Of a stretch of DNA of 64,000 nucleotides, positions 30,489-41,185 are shown piece by piece. A program made the translations under genes and the position numbers. The notes under the pieces are model-generated. The model saw only the letters and a list, made by a program, of their open reading frames with translations. It was not told the DNA's origin and searched no databases. This stretch comes from Candidatus Pelearchaeum maunauluense (GTDB taxonomy: Archaea; Thermoproteota; Nitrososphaeria_A; Caldarchaeales; Caldarchaeaceae), in NCBI GenBank assembly GCA_030059675.1, contig JANVYQ010000006.1, forward strand, positions 1 through 64,000. Direction: 5' to 3'. Positions within the stretch are counted from its first letter, which is position 1. Every line of letters starts with the position of its first letter.

Positions 30489-30760
30489 TAAAACGCTCCT
30501 CCATGTATCGCTGGTATTAGGGTGAGTATGTCATCATCACCTACTTCTATATCCAGCTTACCGACTGTACGTACATCAACTCCATTGACGAGTATCAGGA
30601 GTCCTGGAAGTATCTTCCCATGCTCGTCAATAACATGGCGGCGTAGCTCCTCTGGAAGCATCCTGAGGACTTCGTTAAGCCGCACCTTATCGCCCAACTC
30701 AAGCTCTATTGAGCCGCTACCCGCGGTTGACCTCAGATGACCTAGCAGCTCAACACGCAT
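30488..30760 (-). CDS. Ubiquitin-like beta-grasp protein (Urm1/SAMP/MoaD family)
   Basis: Start ATG 30760 (MRVELLGHL); LILVNGVD..., C-terminal IPAIHGG-AF. Confidence 0.85.
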   Translation of the reverse strand: MRVELLGHLRSTAGSGSIELELGDKVRLNEVLRMLPEELRRHVIDEHGKILPGLLILVNGVDVRTVGKLDIEVGDDDILTLIPAIHGGAF

Positions 30761-30916
30761 CGCGCAGCACCTCCCGTAACAGCATTCACCTCTATAAAGC
30801 CCTCCACATGCCCCTTTTCTTAAACCCACCTCACCTACATTAAAGAAACTTAGCCGAATCTGGCAAACACTCATTAATATAGCGCTCCATCTAATCTTCA
30901 CAGCCTTGGCTGATGG

Positions 30917-32081
30917 GTGCCTGTATTCAGGCTGTATGTTGATGGGGAGTGGAAACCCGCCTCAAGCGGTGAGACTTTCATAGTTGATACCCCGATTGAC
31001 GATAGCGTCATCGCGTGTTCCGAAGGGAAGCGAAGCCGATATGGATGCAGCGATAGAGGCGGCTCGCGCAAATCAGAGGAGAATCCGCGAGGTGGCTGCT
31101 ATAGAGAGGATAGAGATATTCAGGGAGGCAGCAGACCTAATGAGCGAGAAGCAGGAAGACTTCATCCAAACCCTCATGCTGGAGGCCGGGAAGCCGCGTA
31201 AGGATGCGGCTGGAGAGGTGAAGGCAACCATAGAGCGTATGCGCATGACCATGGAGGAAGCGCGCAAAATCTTCGGAGAATACATACCAGGAGACTGGTC
31301 AGAAGACACGATGGGCAAGATAGCGCTGGTAATCCGCGAGCCAGTGGGTGTAGTGGGCGCCATAGGCCCGTTTAACTATCCACTCTTCATACCTGCAGCA
31401 AAGATAATCCCAGCGCTACTGGCTGGCAATAGCGTAGTGGTGAAGCCCGCGAGCGAAGACCCGCTTAGCCAGCTACTCTTCGCGCGGGTCTTGGAGAAGG
31501 CTGGAATCCCGCCAGGCTGCATAAACGTTGTAACAGGGACAGGTAGGATAGCGATCAGACTGGCTACGAGCGAGAAGGTTGGCATGATTTCATTCACGGG
31601 TAGCACTGAGGCTGGCCGCGAGCTCAGCAGGCTAGCGACGATAAAGCAGCTACACCTAGAGCTGGGAGGTAAGATGAACGGCTGCTACTTCGAGCCAACA
31701 CTACTAGACCACGTTCCGCTGGATGCGCGCATAGCTTGGGAGGAGACCTTCGGCCCAGTCATAACCATAATCAGGATAAACAGCGAGGATGAGGCGATAG
31801 AAATATCGTCCAAATCAAGATATGGTCTCGACTCCTGCGTCTTCACCAACAACTTCTACCGTATGTGGAAGATAGCCAAGCGCCTACAGGTTGGCGAGGT
31901 AACCATAAACGACCTACCGCGCCATGGTGTAGGATGCTTCCCATTCGGCGGAGTAAAAGACTCTGGAATAGGGCGTGAGGGAATAGGATATTCAATAGAC
32001 GAGATGACGATACTCAAGACGATAGTCTTCAACCTAGAGCCAGCTGGGCTTGGGAAGATAAAGAAAACACCAAAAATGTAG
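30917..32081 (+). pseudogene. Aldehyde dehydrogenase (GAPN-like) with a frameshift and an internal deletion
   Basis: Frameshift near 31015; PFNYP, KPA, FTGS and ELGGK present, but the sequence jumps straight to MNGCYFEPT so the catalytic-Cys region is absent. Confidence 0.85.
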
Positions 32082-32147
32082 CAGTGAAAAACTACGAAAA
32101 AATAATTTATTTAGCTCCAAAGAGTAATAAGATTTCTAGAGAATGGC

Positions 32148-33316
32148 TTGAATAAAGCCGCTATTGTTGGGGTAGGCTTAAGCAGGTTCGGTAAACGTAG
32201 TGACGTCTCGTTAAGGGAGCTCGCCGCCGAGGCCGTGGTTGAGGCGTTTAAACATGCTAAAAACATAGAGCCCAGGGATATTGATGCGGTTCTTGTTTCA
32301 TGCGCTCAACCTGAGCGGCTCGTGGTCCAGAGTAATGTCTCGCCGCTTATAGCCGAGTATCTGGGTGTAAAGCCGCCTAAAGGAGCTGTGCGCGTTGAGG
32401 CTGCCTGCTCATCGGGTGGGGTAGCTCTAAGGCTGGCCTCCGCGATGATAGCTGGAGGATATGCGGAGAACGTGCTGGTTTTGGGTGTTGAGAAGATGCA
32501 CGCAGCGCCCCGTGAAGAGGTCATGACGAGCCTCTCAATAGTCGCTGATAGGGAGTGGGAGAGCATACACGGGATAAACGCTCCCGCGGGCTCTGCACTA
32601 GTGGCGCAGAGACACATTCACGAATACGGTACAACCGAAGAGCAGATGGGATACGTGGCTCTCAAGAACCACAAAAACGGGGAGATGAACCAGAAGGCCA
32701 TGTTTAGAAAGAGAATAACCATACAAGAATATGCCGACTCGCCAATAATATCAAGGCCCCTCAAGCTGTACGACTGCTCACCAATCTGTGATGGGGCTGC
32801 GTGCGTGATACTAACTACCGCCGAGAGAGCGCGTAGATATAATGATACGCCGATAATCATAGAGGCGGTAGCACAATCAACTTCAGGCAATACCGTATCA
32901 AGCCTAGAGAGCCTAACGACATGGCCAGCTATGAGAGAAGCCGCATCGCAGGCATATAGGGCGACGGGCATAGGTCCAGGTGATATTGATGTGGCTGAGG
33001 TCCATGACTGTTTCACTATTGCTGAGATTGTTGAGTATGAGGAGCTTGGGTTCTGCGAGAAGGGCATGGGGGTAGGTTTGTTGAGGATGGGCAGTCAGAT
33101 ATAGGTGGGCTTGTAGCGGTGAATACCAGCGGCGGGCTTAAGGCTAAAGGCCATCCTATAGGCGCTACAGGGGTTGCGCAGGCAGTTGAGATAGTATTCC
33201 AGCTCCAGGGAGAGGCTGGGAAACGACAGGTAGGTGGGGCAGAGATAGGGCTAACGCACAACATGGGAGGCTTCGCCGTCAATCATGTAGTTGGAATATA
33301 TAGGAGAGCAAAGTAG
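32148..33316 (+). pseudogene. Thiolase-domain protein (SCP-x/archaeal type), frameshifted
   Basis: EAACSSG, DCSPICDG, EVHDCF; adding one G to the run near 33068 joins it to NTSGGLKAKGHPIGATG. Confidence 0.82.
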
Positions 33317-33730
33317 ATGACCGCTCCCCATATCTTCAGACTTGAGCCGAACCCAAGCGAGACGAAGCTCAAGAAGTTCTACGAAAACCTCCGCGAGGGG
33401 AGGCTTACAACAACCCGCTGCAACAAATGCGGCCTAACGCACTGGCCGCCTAGAGCGGTATGCCCCAACTGTATGAATGAGGAACTAGACTGGATAGAGC
33501 TTTCAGGAAAGGGCAGGATATACGCCTTCACCGAAGTAATGGATGGAGCACCTCTCGGGATGGAGGGCGAACTACCATACATTATAGGAGTAGTGGAGCT
33601 TGATGAAGGGATACGGCTGCTCGCCAGAATAGTTGATACAAAATATAGCGAGCTAAGAATAGGGCAGCAAGTAGTACTCACCATAAAACATAGAGGAGAT
33701 TTTGCTGTATTCTCGTTTAGACCAGAATAA
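33317..33730 (+). CDS. DUF35-family Zn-ribbon/OB-fold protein (thiolase partner)
   Basis: CNKC..PPRAVCPNC, PYIIGVVELDEG; directly after the thiolase. Confidence 0.9.
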   Translation: MTAPHIFRLEPNPSETKLKKFYENLREGRLTTTRCNKCGLTHWPPRAVCPNCMNEELDWIELSGKGRIYAFTEVMDGAPLGMEGELPYIIGVVELDEGIRLLARIVDTKYSELRIGQQVVLTIKHRGDFAVFSFRPE

Positions 33731-35377
33731 TTAGCCACTCCTCAATAGGCGGCGCAGAGTCTTCTCAGAAGGGGTTTTGGGTATGGTGTCAACAAACACA
33801 ACATGCTTAGGCGCCTTGAAGCTGGCTAGCCTCTCCCTGCAATATGCTATAAGCTCCTCCTCACTTACTCTCCCTCTATACTCGTCTCTGATGACCACGA
33901 ATGCTTTTGGCACCTCACCATAATAATCGTCCCGCTCAGCTATAACTGCCACATCAACAACCGCTGGGTGTGTTAGTAGGATGTTCTCAACCTCCGCTGG
34001 CCAGACTTTGAAGCCGCCAACGTTAATCAGGTCCTTAACCCTATCAACGAAGTAGAATAAGCCATCCTCGGACATGAAGCCAAGGTCTCCCGTCCTTAGC
34101 CATCCATCGCGGAGCGCTTCCCTAGTCTCTTCAGGCCTGTTCCAATAGCCCTTCATGACCTGCGGCCCGCGTGCGATGAGTTCTCCAACCTCGTTGGGGC
34201 CTAGCCTCTTCCCAGACTCCACGTCAACCACCGCGACCTCCGTGTCTATGGTTGGTATTCCTATGAGGTTGGGCTTGACCTCGCCTATTCCCAAGGGGGT
34301 GAATGTGAGGCATGGAGCAGCCTCTGTAAGCCCCCAACACTCAATCACATCAATACCAGTGAGCATCTTAAACTGCCGCCTTGCCTCAGGGAGCGAAGGC
34401 GCTGCCGCAGACATCCATATACGGACAGACGAGAGGTCATAACGCTTAATCTCAGGATAGCGTGAGAGCGCGCTATAAACTGGAGGAACACAGTAGAAGA
34501 TTGTCATGCGATGCTTCTCTATTGCTTCCAGCGTCTCCCTAATGCTGAAGCGCTCCTGTATGACTATCTTGGCTGCAAGAGCTATAACTGTGTTGAGGCA
34601 CCAGTTGAGGCCGTATATGTGTGAGAGTGGTAGATAGATTAGTAGCGTCTCCCCAGCCTCTTTAAGCTTCCATGTCATAATCTTCTGAGTATTATTCACA
34701 ACGCAATTATAGTGGGTGAGCATGACCCCCTTGGGCGTGCCTGTAGTACCACCAGTATAGCAGAGAAACGCCACATCCTCCTAAGGGTCTATAGCCACAT
34801 CAGGAGCGCCGTTCTTGCTTTCTGCTATAAGGTCGGTAAGCCCGACTAGCTCTTCATCTCCCAGCCTTTCCACAATCATATCCTTAAGCGCTAGGTGTAT
34901 AGCCGGCAAAACATCCTCATACCCAGTAATAATTATCCTCTCCACCGCAGTACCCTTAGCAGCCCGCTTGGCAGCATCAACCAACATGTTGAATGCTACG
35001 AGTATTTTCGCCCCAGAATCCTTAAGCTGGTAATTAAGCTCCATCTCCTTGTATGCTGGGTTGCATGGAACTACGATAGCCCCCGCCTTAAGAGCTCCGT
35101 AGAGACATATAACGAATTGGGGAGAGTTGGGAAGATAAAGAGCAACCCTATCACCCTTGACTACGCCCAGCCTAGATAAGGAGGCCGCAACCCTATCGCT
35201 TGCCCTATCTAATTGTTCATAGCTCAGCTCAACACCCTCATAATAGATAGCGGTTCTCCAAGGATACTTACGCGCAGAATCCCTCAACCTATCATGCAAC
35301 GCCACAACACTATATGACATACGTTGTGGGACATCTCTAAGCCAATACCTCAGCCAAGGACGGTCAGAATCCATCAA
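33731..35377 (-). pseudogene. Long-chain acyl-CoA ligase interrupted by one in-frame TAG
   Basis: ORFs 34781-35377 and 33731-34774 share a frame (AIDP*EDVAFLCYTGGTTGTPKG); WGLTE, TGDLG motifs. Confidence 0.85.
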
Positions 35378-35483
35378 TTATGCTCGCAAAAATCCAGTAA
35401 TTATTCAAAAAGTTTGCGCTTGCTATGTTACATTCAGAAAGAAAAATTTATAGGCGCTGAGTAGCGTTACTATACGATCCAAG

Positions 35484-36791
35484 TTGAGAGCGGAAAATAA
35501 TGTTTCTGGTTTATCAAAAGCCGCAGCAATCGCTGTGGTTGTTGTCATCGTCGTGGCCGCTGTTGCAGCCCTTTTCCTCACCGGCGGCCTAATGGGCGGC
35601 GAGGAGGAGCCTATACGTATAGGTGTTCTCGCCCCGCTCACGGGAGCGCCTGCCAGAGCTGGAAAGGCCATGGCCAACGCAGCCAAAATGGCCGAGGAAG
35701 ACATAAACGCAGCAGGCGGGCTGCTGGGACGGAAAGTAGAGATTCTCGTCTACGACGACGAAGATAAGCCAGAGGTCGGGAAAGTAGTCGCTGAACGAGC
35801 AATACTCCAAGACAAGGTCGTAGCCCTCGCAGGAATCTTCAGAAGCGAAGTAGCCATGGTCGTCGCAGAGGTAGCAGCGGAACAGAAAATACCACTAGTA
35901 GTAGGAACGGCGCAAACACCAAAGCTAACACAACTAGTGATAGACAACTACGACAAATACAAATACGTATTCAGGTCAACCACCAACGCAACAGCCCTCG
36001 GAAACGTCCTCACCGACTTCATCATGGATTACCTGGCGAAGAAGTATAACGTGAAGAAGATTGGTTTCTTGCAGGAGGATGTTCTCTGGGCTAGAGCGTT
36101 GGTCGAGTTTGAGACAAAGCGTCTTAAGGCGCGGGGCTTTGAGGTAAAGACATGGGTAGTGCCCCTGGGAGTTACCGACATACCAGAGCTACGCGAGATG
36201 GAAGCATGGGGAGCTGACGTAATCTTCCCAGTCTTCTCATCAGACAACGGATACCTCGTAACACGTCTCTACACGGAGCAGAAAATAGACGCCATACTCC
36301 TAGGCGTTAACAACCCGATAGCCAGCCCAGAGGCCTGGGAGAAGACCGAGGGGAGGGCAGAGTATGAGACTATAGCCGTCGCAGCTCCAGTAGTTAAGAT
36401 ACCAGTAACAGACCAGTTAGTGCCGTGGACTGAGCGGTACATAGAAAAATACGGCCCAGAGGCGCTAAACCAAGCGGCCGACACCTATGAGGCCCTGCAA
36501 GTAATATTCCAAGCGATACAGAAGGCGGGAAGCACAGACCCAGATAAGCTCGTCAAAGCGCTGGAAGAGAATGAGTTTGACACGCTCCGCGGCAAGGTGA
36601 AATTCACTAAGTATCACCAGCACATGTCCTGGCTGGGGCCGCCGTATAAAATAGAATCTTCGCTGGGTGGGCCTGTAGGCCAGTGGCAGCTCGTTAATGG
36701 GGAGCCAAAGGTGGTCGTTGTCTGGCCGCCGACGATAGGAAACCCAGACAACTGGAAACCCGCGCCCTGGGTGACCGTTCCGCGTGGATAG
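35484..36791 (+). CDS. LIV-family substrate-binding protein with N-terminal membrane anchor
   Basis: IRIGVLAPLTG, INAAGGLLGRKVE; hydrophobic N-terminus. Confidence 0.9.
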   Translation: MRAENNVSGLSKAAAIAVVVVIVVAAVAALFLTGGLMGGEEEPIRIGVLAPLTGAPARAGKAMANAAKMAEEDINAAGGLLGRKVEILVYDDEDKPEVGKVVAERAILQDKVVALAGIFRSEVAMVVAEVAAEQKIPLVVGTAQTPKLTQLVIDNYDKYKYVFRSTTNATALGNVLTDFIMDYLAKKYNVKKIGFLQEDVLWARALVEFETKRLKARGFEVKTWVVPLGVTDIPELREMEAWGADVIFPVFSSDNGYLVTRLYTEQKIDAILLGVNNPIASPEAWEKTEGRAEYETIAVAAPVVKIPVTDQLVPWTERYIEKYGPEALNQAADTYEALQVIFQAIQKAGSTDPDKLVKALEENEFDTLRGKVKFTKYHQHMSWLGPPYKIESSLGGPVGQWQLVNGEPKVVVVWPPTIGNPDNWKPAPWVTVPRG

Positions 36792-36819
36792 CAACTAGCG
36801 CTTAAATATCCAACAATAA

Positions 36820-37680
36820 ATGGTGCTTCCAATAATAATTGACGGTATATTGTTGGGAGCTTTGTTCGCAGCCTCCACTATCGGGCTCTCTATGTTCTAC
36901 GCAGTTACTGGAATCTTCAACCTAGCTCATGGGGCATTATTAATTCTAGGAGGCTATCTCGTCTATACCGCTCTATCCGTTCTCGGCATACCGTTGCCAG
37001 CGGCTATAGTGTTCAGCATACTCGTACTAGGTCTCGGAACCATGCTTTTCTACAAATACATGCTACACCCGATAAGGATGCATCATTTAACCTGCGTAAT
37101 AATCACCCTAGCTCTCCTGCTGGTGCTTGAACGGCTTACGATAGTCCTCTACGGCCCTTGGGGGTTGCCGTTTCCCACATTCATCCCAGAGACAGCGGTT
37201 ATAGGCGGCGTTGAGGTGAGCCTCCAGAAGATAGCGGTCACGGCGTTGAGTCTTGCTGCGATAGCGGTCTTATGGTTAATTATGAATAAGACCTGGCTGG
37301 GCTTAGCTATGAGAGCCACGATAGATAACATGAACGCCGCAACGGCTGCGGGAATAAACACCGAGAAGATAATCATGCTGAGCGTTTTCATATCCGCGGC
37401 TATAACAGCTATAGGGGGTATAAGCATAGCCTCAACGCTCTTCCTCTCACCTATACTGATGTCTCAAATGAATATGGCTGCTATCGCCGTAGCTATACTC
37501 GCTGGACTGGGGAGCCTCTGGGGGATAGTCCCAGCAGCGTTTATACTAGGCTTCTCAGACGTGGTGGGCGCCATATACTTCGGCGGCTGGTATAGGTTCG
37601 TCAATCTGGCAGTAGTAATAATAATCGTGCTCCTAGTCAGGCCTCAGGGATTCTTCGGAGCTAAGGAGAGGATTGCATGA
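36820..37680 (+). CDS. livH: LIV-type ABC permease (LivH family)
   Basis: GIFNLAHG, GLAMRAT, AGLGSLWG, RPQGFFG. Confidence 0.9.
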   Translation: MVLPIIIDGILLGALFAASTIGLSMFYAVTGIFNLAHGALLILGGYLVYTALSVLGIPLPAAIVFSILVLGLGTMLFYKYMLHPIRMHHLTCVIITLALLLVLERLTIVLYGPWGLPFPTFIPETAVIGGVEVSLQKIAVTALSLAAIAVLWLIMNKTWLGLAMRATIDNMNAATAAGINTEKIIMLSVFISAAITAIGGISIASTLFLSPILMSQMNMAAIAVAILAGLGSLWGIVPAAFILGFSDVVGAIYFGGWYRFVNLAVVIIIVLLVRPQGFFGAKERIA

Positions 37681-38618
37681 AGAAGTCTGAAATATACCTA
37701 ATCACCGCACTCGTACTCATAATTTACTCAATATACCCACTCCTAACAGGAGACACCTATCTACTGCGCGTTTTGATACTCGTGCATATATTCGCAATAC
37801 TGGCCGCGAGCCTTGACATAATCGTGGGATACACTGGCCAGCTAACCGCTGGGCATACGGCGGTATGGGGGTGGGGCGCATTCACAACTGCATGGATGAT
37901 ACTGTGGTTCGGCGCTAACCCGCTGCTAGCTGTTCTTGTGGGAGCCCTCTTCGGAGCTCTCCTAGGGCTGGGAATAGGGATACTATGCCTCCGCTTCAGA
38001 TACCTACTCCTAACACTCGTAACCTTCGCCCTCCTAGTACTCTCCTACGCCCTAGCGCGGCAATTCACAGACATAACGGGGGGAGAGCTAGGCCTTCACG
38101 GAATAACACCAATAACAAAGAACCCAATACTAAGCTTCTACATCACCTTCGGCGCCCTCCTAATAACAGTCGTATCCCTCCTCGTATTGGGCAGGTCGCG
38201 CATCGGGCTTAGGATGAAATCCATCAAGGAAGACGAGGTGGCTGCTGAGACTATTGGAATAAACACCGTACGCTACAAGGTTCTCGCCAACGTCATAGGC
38301 TCGTTCTACGCTGGACTTGCTGGAGGGCTCTACACAACATACACAACCAGCGTGGGTGCGAGCATATTCTTCCTAGACCACCTACTACGCCTCATACTCA
38401 TGTGGGGAATAGGAGGAGGCGGCACAATAATAGGGCCAGTAATAGGAGCCTACACAGTCATGCTACTCTCAGAATATCTCAGATTCATAGAAGAATTAAG
38501 ACTAATACTCCTCGGGATAATAATGATACTAATAATGCGCTTCTTCCCAGCAGGCCTTCATGGAATGATAAGCTTAACACTCATGAAAACACCAATAAGA
38601 GGAGGCAAGGTCAAATGA
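37677..38618 (+). CDS. livM: LIV-type ABC permease (LivM family)
   Basis: GYTGQLTAGH, TGGELG, KEDEVAAETIGIN. Confidence 0.9.
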   Translation: MKKSEIYLITALVLIIYSIYPLLTGDTYLLRVLILVHIFAILAASLDIIVGYTGQLTAGHTAVWGWGAFTTAWMILWFGANPLLAVLVGALFGALLGLGIGILCLRFRYLLLTLVTFALLVLSYALARQFTDITGGELGLHGITPITKNPILSFYITFGALLITVVSLLVLGRSRIGLRMKSIKEDEVAAETIGINTVRYKVLANVIGSFYAGLAGGLYTTYTTSVGASIFFLDHLLRLILMWGIGGGGTIIGPVIGAYTVMLLSEYLRFIEELRLILLGIIMILIMRFFPAGLHGMISLTLMKTPIRGGKVK

Positions 38619-39325
38619 GTCTCCTAAAAGTTGAGAACGCCACTAAACGCTTCGGAGGAAACGTGGCAGTCAACTCCATGAGTCTAGAGGTTAATGAGGG
38701 CGAGATAGTGGGTATCATAGGGCCTAACGGCTCTGGAAAGACCACCCTCTTAAACCTCATAAACGGAATAATACAACTAGACTCAGGAGCAATCTATCTA
38801 CGTGGAAAGCCCATCCATAATAAAAAACCACACCAGCTGGTGCGTTTAGGAATAGGGAGGACATTTCAGATAACGCGTGTATTTCGGGAGCTTACGGTAT
38901 TGGAAAACATGCTATCAACCGTTGAGACTGGAAAGAGCGGTAAGAATAACCTCGTGGAGAATGCTCTCAAGCTCCTAGAGCTCGTAGGCCTCTCAGACAA
39001 GCTGGACGCGCGTGCGGGAACGCTCTCAGGGGGCCAGCAAAAGCTCCTAGAGCTCGCTCGTACACTAATGCTAAACCCAACACTCCTACTCCTAGACGAG
39101 CCATTCGCTGGAGTGCATCCAAAGATAGTGATGAAGCTCTCGGAGCTTATACTGGATATGAGAAAGAAAGGAAAGACATTCCTCATAATAAGCCACGACA
39201 TACATACAATATCATGGCTGAGCGACAGGCTGGTCGTGATGAACGAGGGACGTAAGGTCGCTGAGGGGAGTCCAGAGCAGATAAAACAAGACCGCGAAGT
39301 AGTTAGAGCATATTTGGGGGTGTAA
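38615..39325 (+). CDS. livG: LIV-type ABC ATP-binding subunit (LivG family)
   Basis: Start ATG 38615 (ATGA overlap); GPNGSGKT, LSGGQQK, LLLDEP. Confidence 0.92.
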   Translation: MSLLKVENATKRFGGNVAVNSMSLEVNEGEIVGIIGPNGSGKTTLLNLINGIIQLDSGAIYLRGKPIHNKKPHQLVRLGIGRTFQITRVFRELTVLENMLSTVETGKSGKNNLVENALKLLELVGLSDKLDARAGTLSGGQQKLLELARTLMLNPTLLLLDEPFAGVHPKIVMKLSELILDMRKKGKTFLIISHDIHTISWLSDRLVVMNEGRKVAEGSPEQIKQDREVVRAYLGV

Positions 39326-39327
39326 TC

Positions 39328-40083
39328 TTGTCGCTTGTCGTCAGGGATATTTACTCAGGATACTTCCGCGACGTGAATGTTTTGTGCGGAGTGAGCCTTG
39401 AGGTCTATGAAGGCTCAATAACAGCGGTCTTAGGCCCCAACGGCTCTGGAAAATCAACACTACTAAAAACCATATACGGCTACCTAAGGCCTTCCAGTGG
39501 CAAGATACTGCTCGACGACCATGATATAACTGGCATGAAGACTCATGACCTTCTCAGGATGGGCCTCGCCTACGTGGCTCAGGAGAGTGGAATATTCCCG
39601 CATCTAACAGTTGAGGAAAACCTAAAGACTGGCCTCTGGATATTGCGTAGGGAGAAACAGACAGTAAGAGATAGGCTTGAGGAGATTTACAGCAGATTTG
39701 AAATACTCTCCGAGAAGCGCAGCGTTAAAGCAGGCTTTCTGAGCGGAGGCCAGCAACGCCTCCTCCAGATAGCAAAAGCCCTCCTCACCAAACCAAGAAT
39801 AATACTAATGGATGAGCCATCCTCAGGACTCTCACCAAAAGTCCTAGATGAAGTCTATGGAATAATCACAAAGCTCCGCGACGAAGGAAAAACCATACTA
39901 CTTGTGGAGCAGAACGTCAGAAAAGCCCTAGAAGTCGCAGACACGATAAACGTGATAGAGCTCGGCCAGACAAAATTCAGCGGAACTAAAAAAGAGTTTG
40001 AAGAACGGCTTGAGGAGATAATCGGAATATGGGGCTTCAAGGCAGCGGGGCTACAGCCCAGCAAGAGCTTGCAGGAAGAATAG
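39328..40083 (+). CDS. livF: LIV-type ABC ATP-binding subunit (LivF family)
   Basis: GPNGSGKS, LSGGQQR, MDEPS, VEQN. Confidence 0.92.
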   Translation: MSLVVRDIYSGYFRDVNVLCGVSLEVYEGSITAVLGPNGSGKSTLLKTIYGYLRPSSGKILLDDHDITGMKTHDLLRMGLAYVAQESGIFPHLTVEENLKTGLWILRREKQTVRDRLEEIYSRFEILSEKRSVKAGFLSGGQQRLLQIAKALLTKPRIILMDEPSSGLSPKVLDEVYGIITKLRDEGKTILLVEQNVRKALEVADTINVIELGQTKFSGTKKEFEERLEEIIGIWGFKAAGLQPSKSLQEE

Positions 40084-40359
40084 AAAAATTACAAACCAAG
40101 TATTCTAAACATGTAAAACCCAGAAAGCGTCTCACGCTAAATAACCATCTATAACGTGGAGACATGTCCTACTATCCTACTTGTCACTATGAACCCGCTT
40201 AATGCTCTCTTGAGGGCCTCAATGCTCGCTTAGACAATTATGTGGAGGAACAAGAAGCTAAGGTTACTTGAAATGGGCATTAGCGTATGCGACGTTTACC
40301 TTAGGAGCCGTAAATAATGGACATAGATACTAGAGGAGTACTAGCGGTAAAAACGTGTC

Positions 40360-40776
40360 TTACTCCCATATGGTTTCCACACCAGGAGTAGAGACTATCT
40401 CTTCATCATTCATGATTATTGCCCTAGAGTTATGTCTCAAATGAGTATCTACTATCATCCTGTCATGAAGTTCTGTAAGGTTTGATCCTATAGCTATTCT
40501 CCAGCCATCTATATCAAGATCTACAACTCTTAGGGATTTGCTGAACTTCAAAGCCTTAAGTAGTTCTATGAGGCTTTCTACTGGTATTCTCCTGCTAAAA
40601 ATATCCTTCCCGCGTAGGAGGATGTATAGCGTTTCGCCAATAGTTATGGAGGGGGAGTAGGGATGTTTTCTCCGCTCAGCCACAGAGAATATGCTATCCG
40701 CCTTACGCGGGAGGGAATCAGCTAAATAGGCTAACAACGCTATCGTGTCAACTGTGTATGTTTCACTGCTCCTCAA
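40360..40776 (-). CDS. PIN-domain (VapC-like) ribonuclease toxin, possibly degenerate
   Basis: VDT at the N-terminus, ITIGE, LHDRMIV, NDEEI acidic PIN residues. Confidence 0.75.
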   Translation of the reverse strand: MRSSETYTVDTIALLAYLADSLPRKADSIFSVAERRKHPYSPSITIGETLYILLRGKDIFSRRIPVESLIELLKALKFSKSLRVVDLDIDGWRIAIGSNLTELHDRMIVDTHLRHNSRAIIMNDEEIVSTPGVETIWE

Positions 40777-40933
40777 GCCTCCACTCCCCCCGTAGCCTCT
40801 TAAGGAAGGCCTGCGCCTGCTTAAGGTCTATTGCTCCCTTCAACATACCCCTGAGACTCCTCAGTCCCCGCCTGTAAGGTTTAATCAACACACACTCATC
40901 AGATAGAATAATGATAACCTCATCCCCCTCCCC
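40763..40933 (-). pseudogene. Truncated AbrB/MazE-type antitoxin (C-terminal part only)
   Basis: Manual translation GEGDEVIIILSDECVLIKPYRRGLRSLRGMLKG...EWRLEEQ*, overlapping the PIN start; preceded by in-frame TAG, no N-terminus. Confidence 0.6.
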
Positions 40934-41185
40934 CTATGGCTTGTGTGGTATAGTGTGTAAAGGTTTAGGTTGTTCATCCCTTGATCAATGTTCTTTGCAC
41001 TTAATTTGCTATTGAATACAATAGTCTCTCCTCAATCTTAATTGATTGATTTAGTATTTTATAGACCTCCTTTTCAATCAGGGGATTTAAAAGACCTTTA
41101 GCTCGAACCTTCACAGTATGATGTATTAGGATAAGGTTAATATAAATATAATTTTAAACTTATACCTGAATAATAGGTAACTAAT

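Noticed and set aside
34781-34783. In-frame TAG in the acyl-CoA ligase as pyrrolysine or programmed readthrough
   Set aside because: Fits a single AAG(Lys) to TAG change in a linker; no pyl genes in the window; the gene also has a degenerate motif (PSEK for SGK) and its neighbours are decayed
38402-38614. Long N-terminal extension of livG (similar extensions at 30761-30901 and 5175-5279)
   Set aside because: Overlap other genes or promoter regions; better starts exist at 38615, 30760 and 5174
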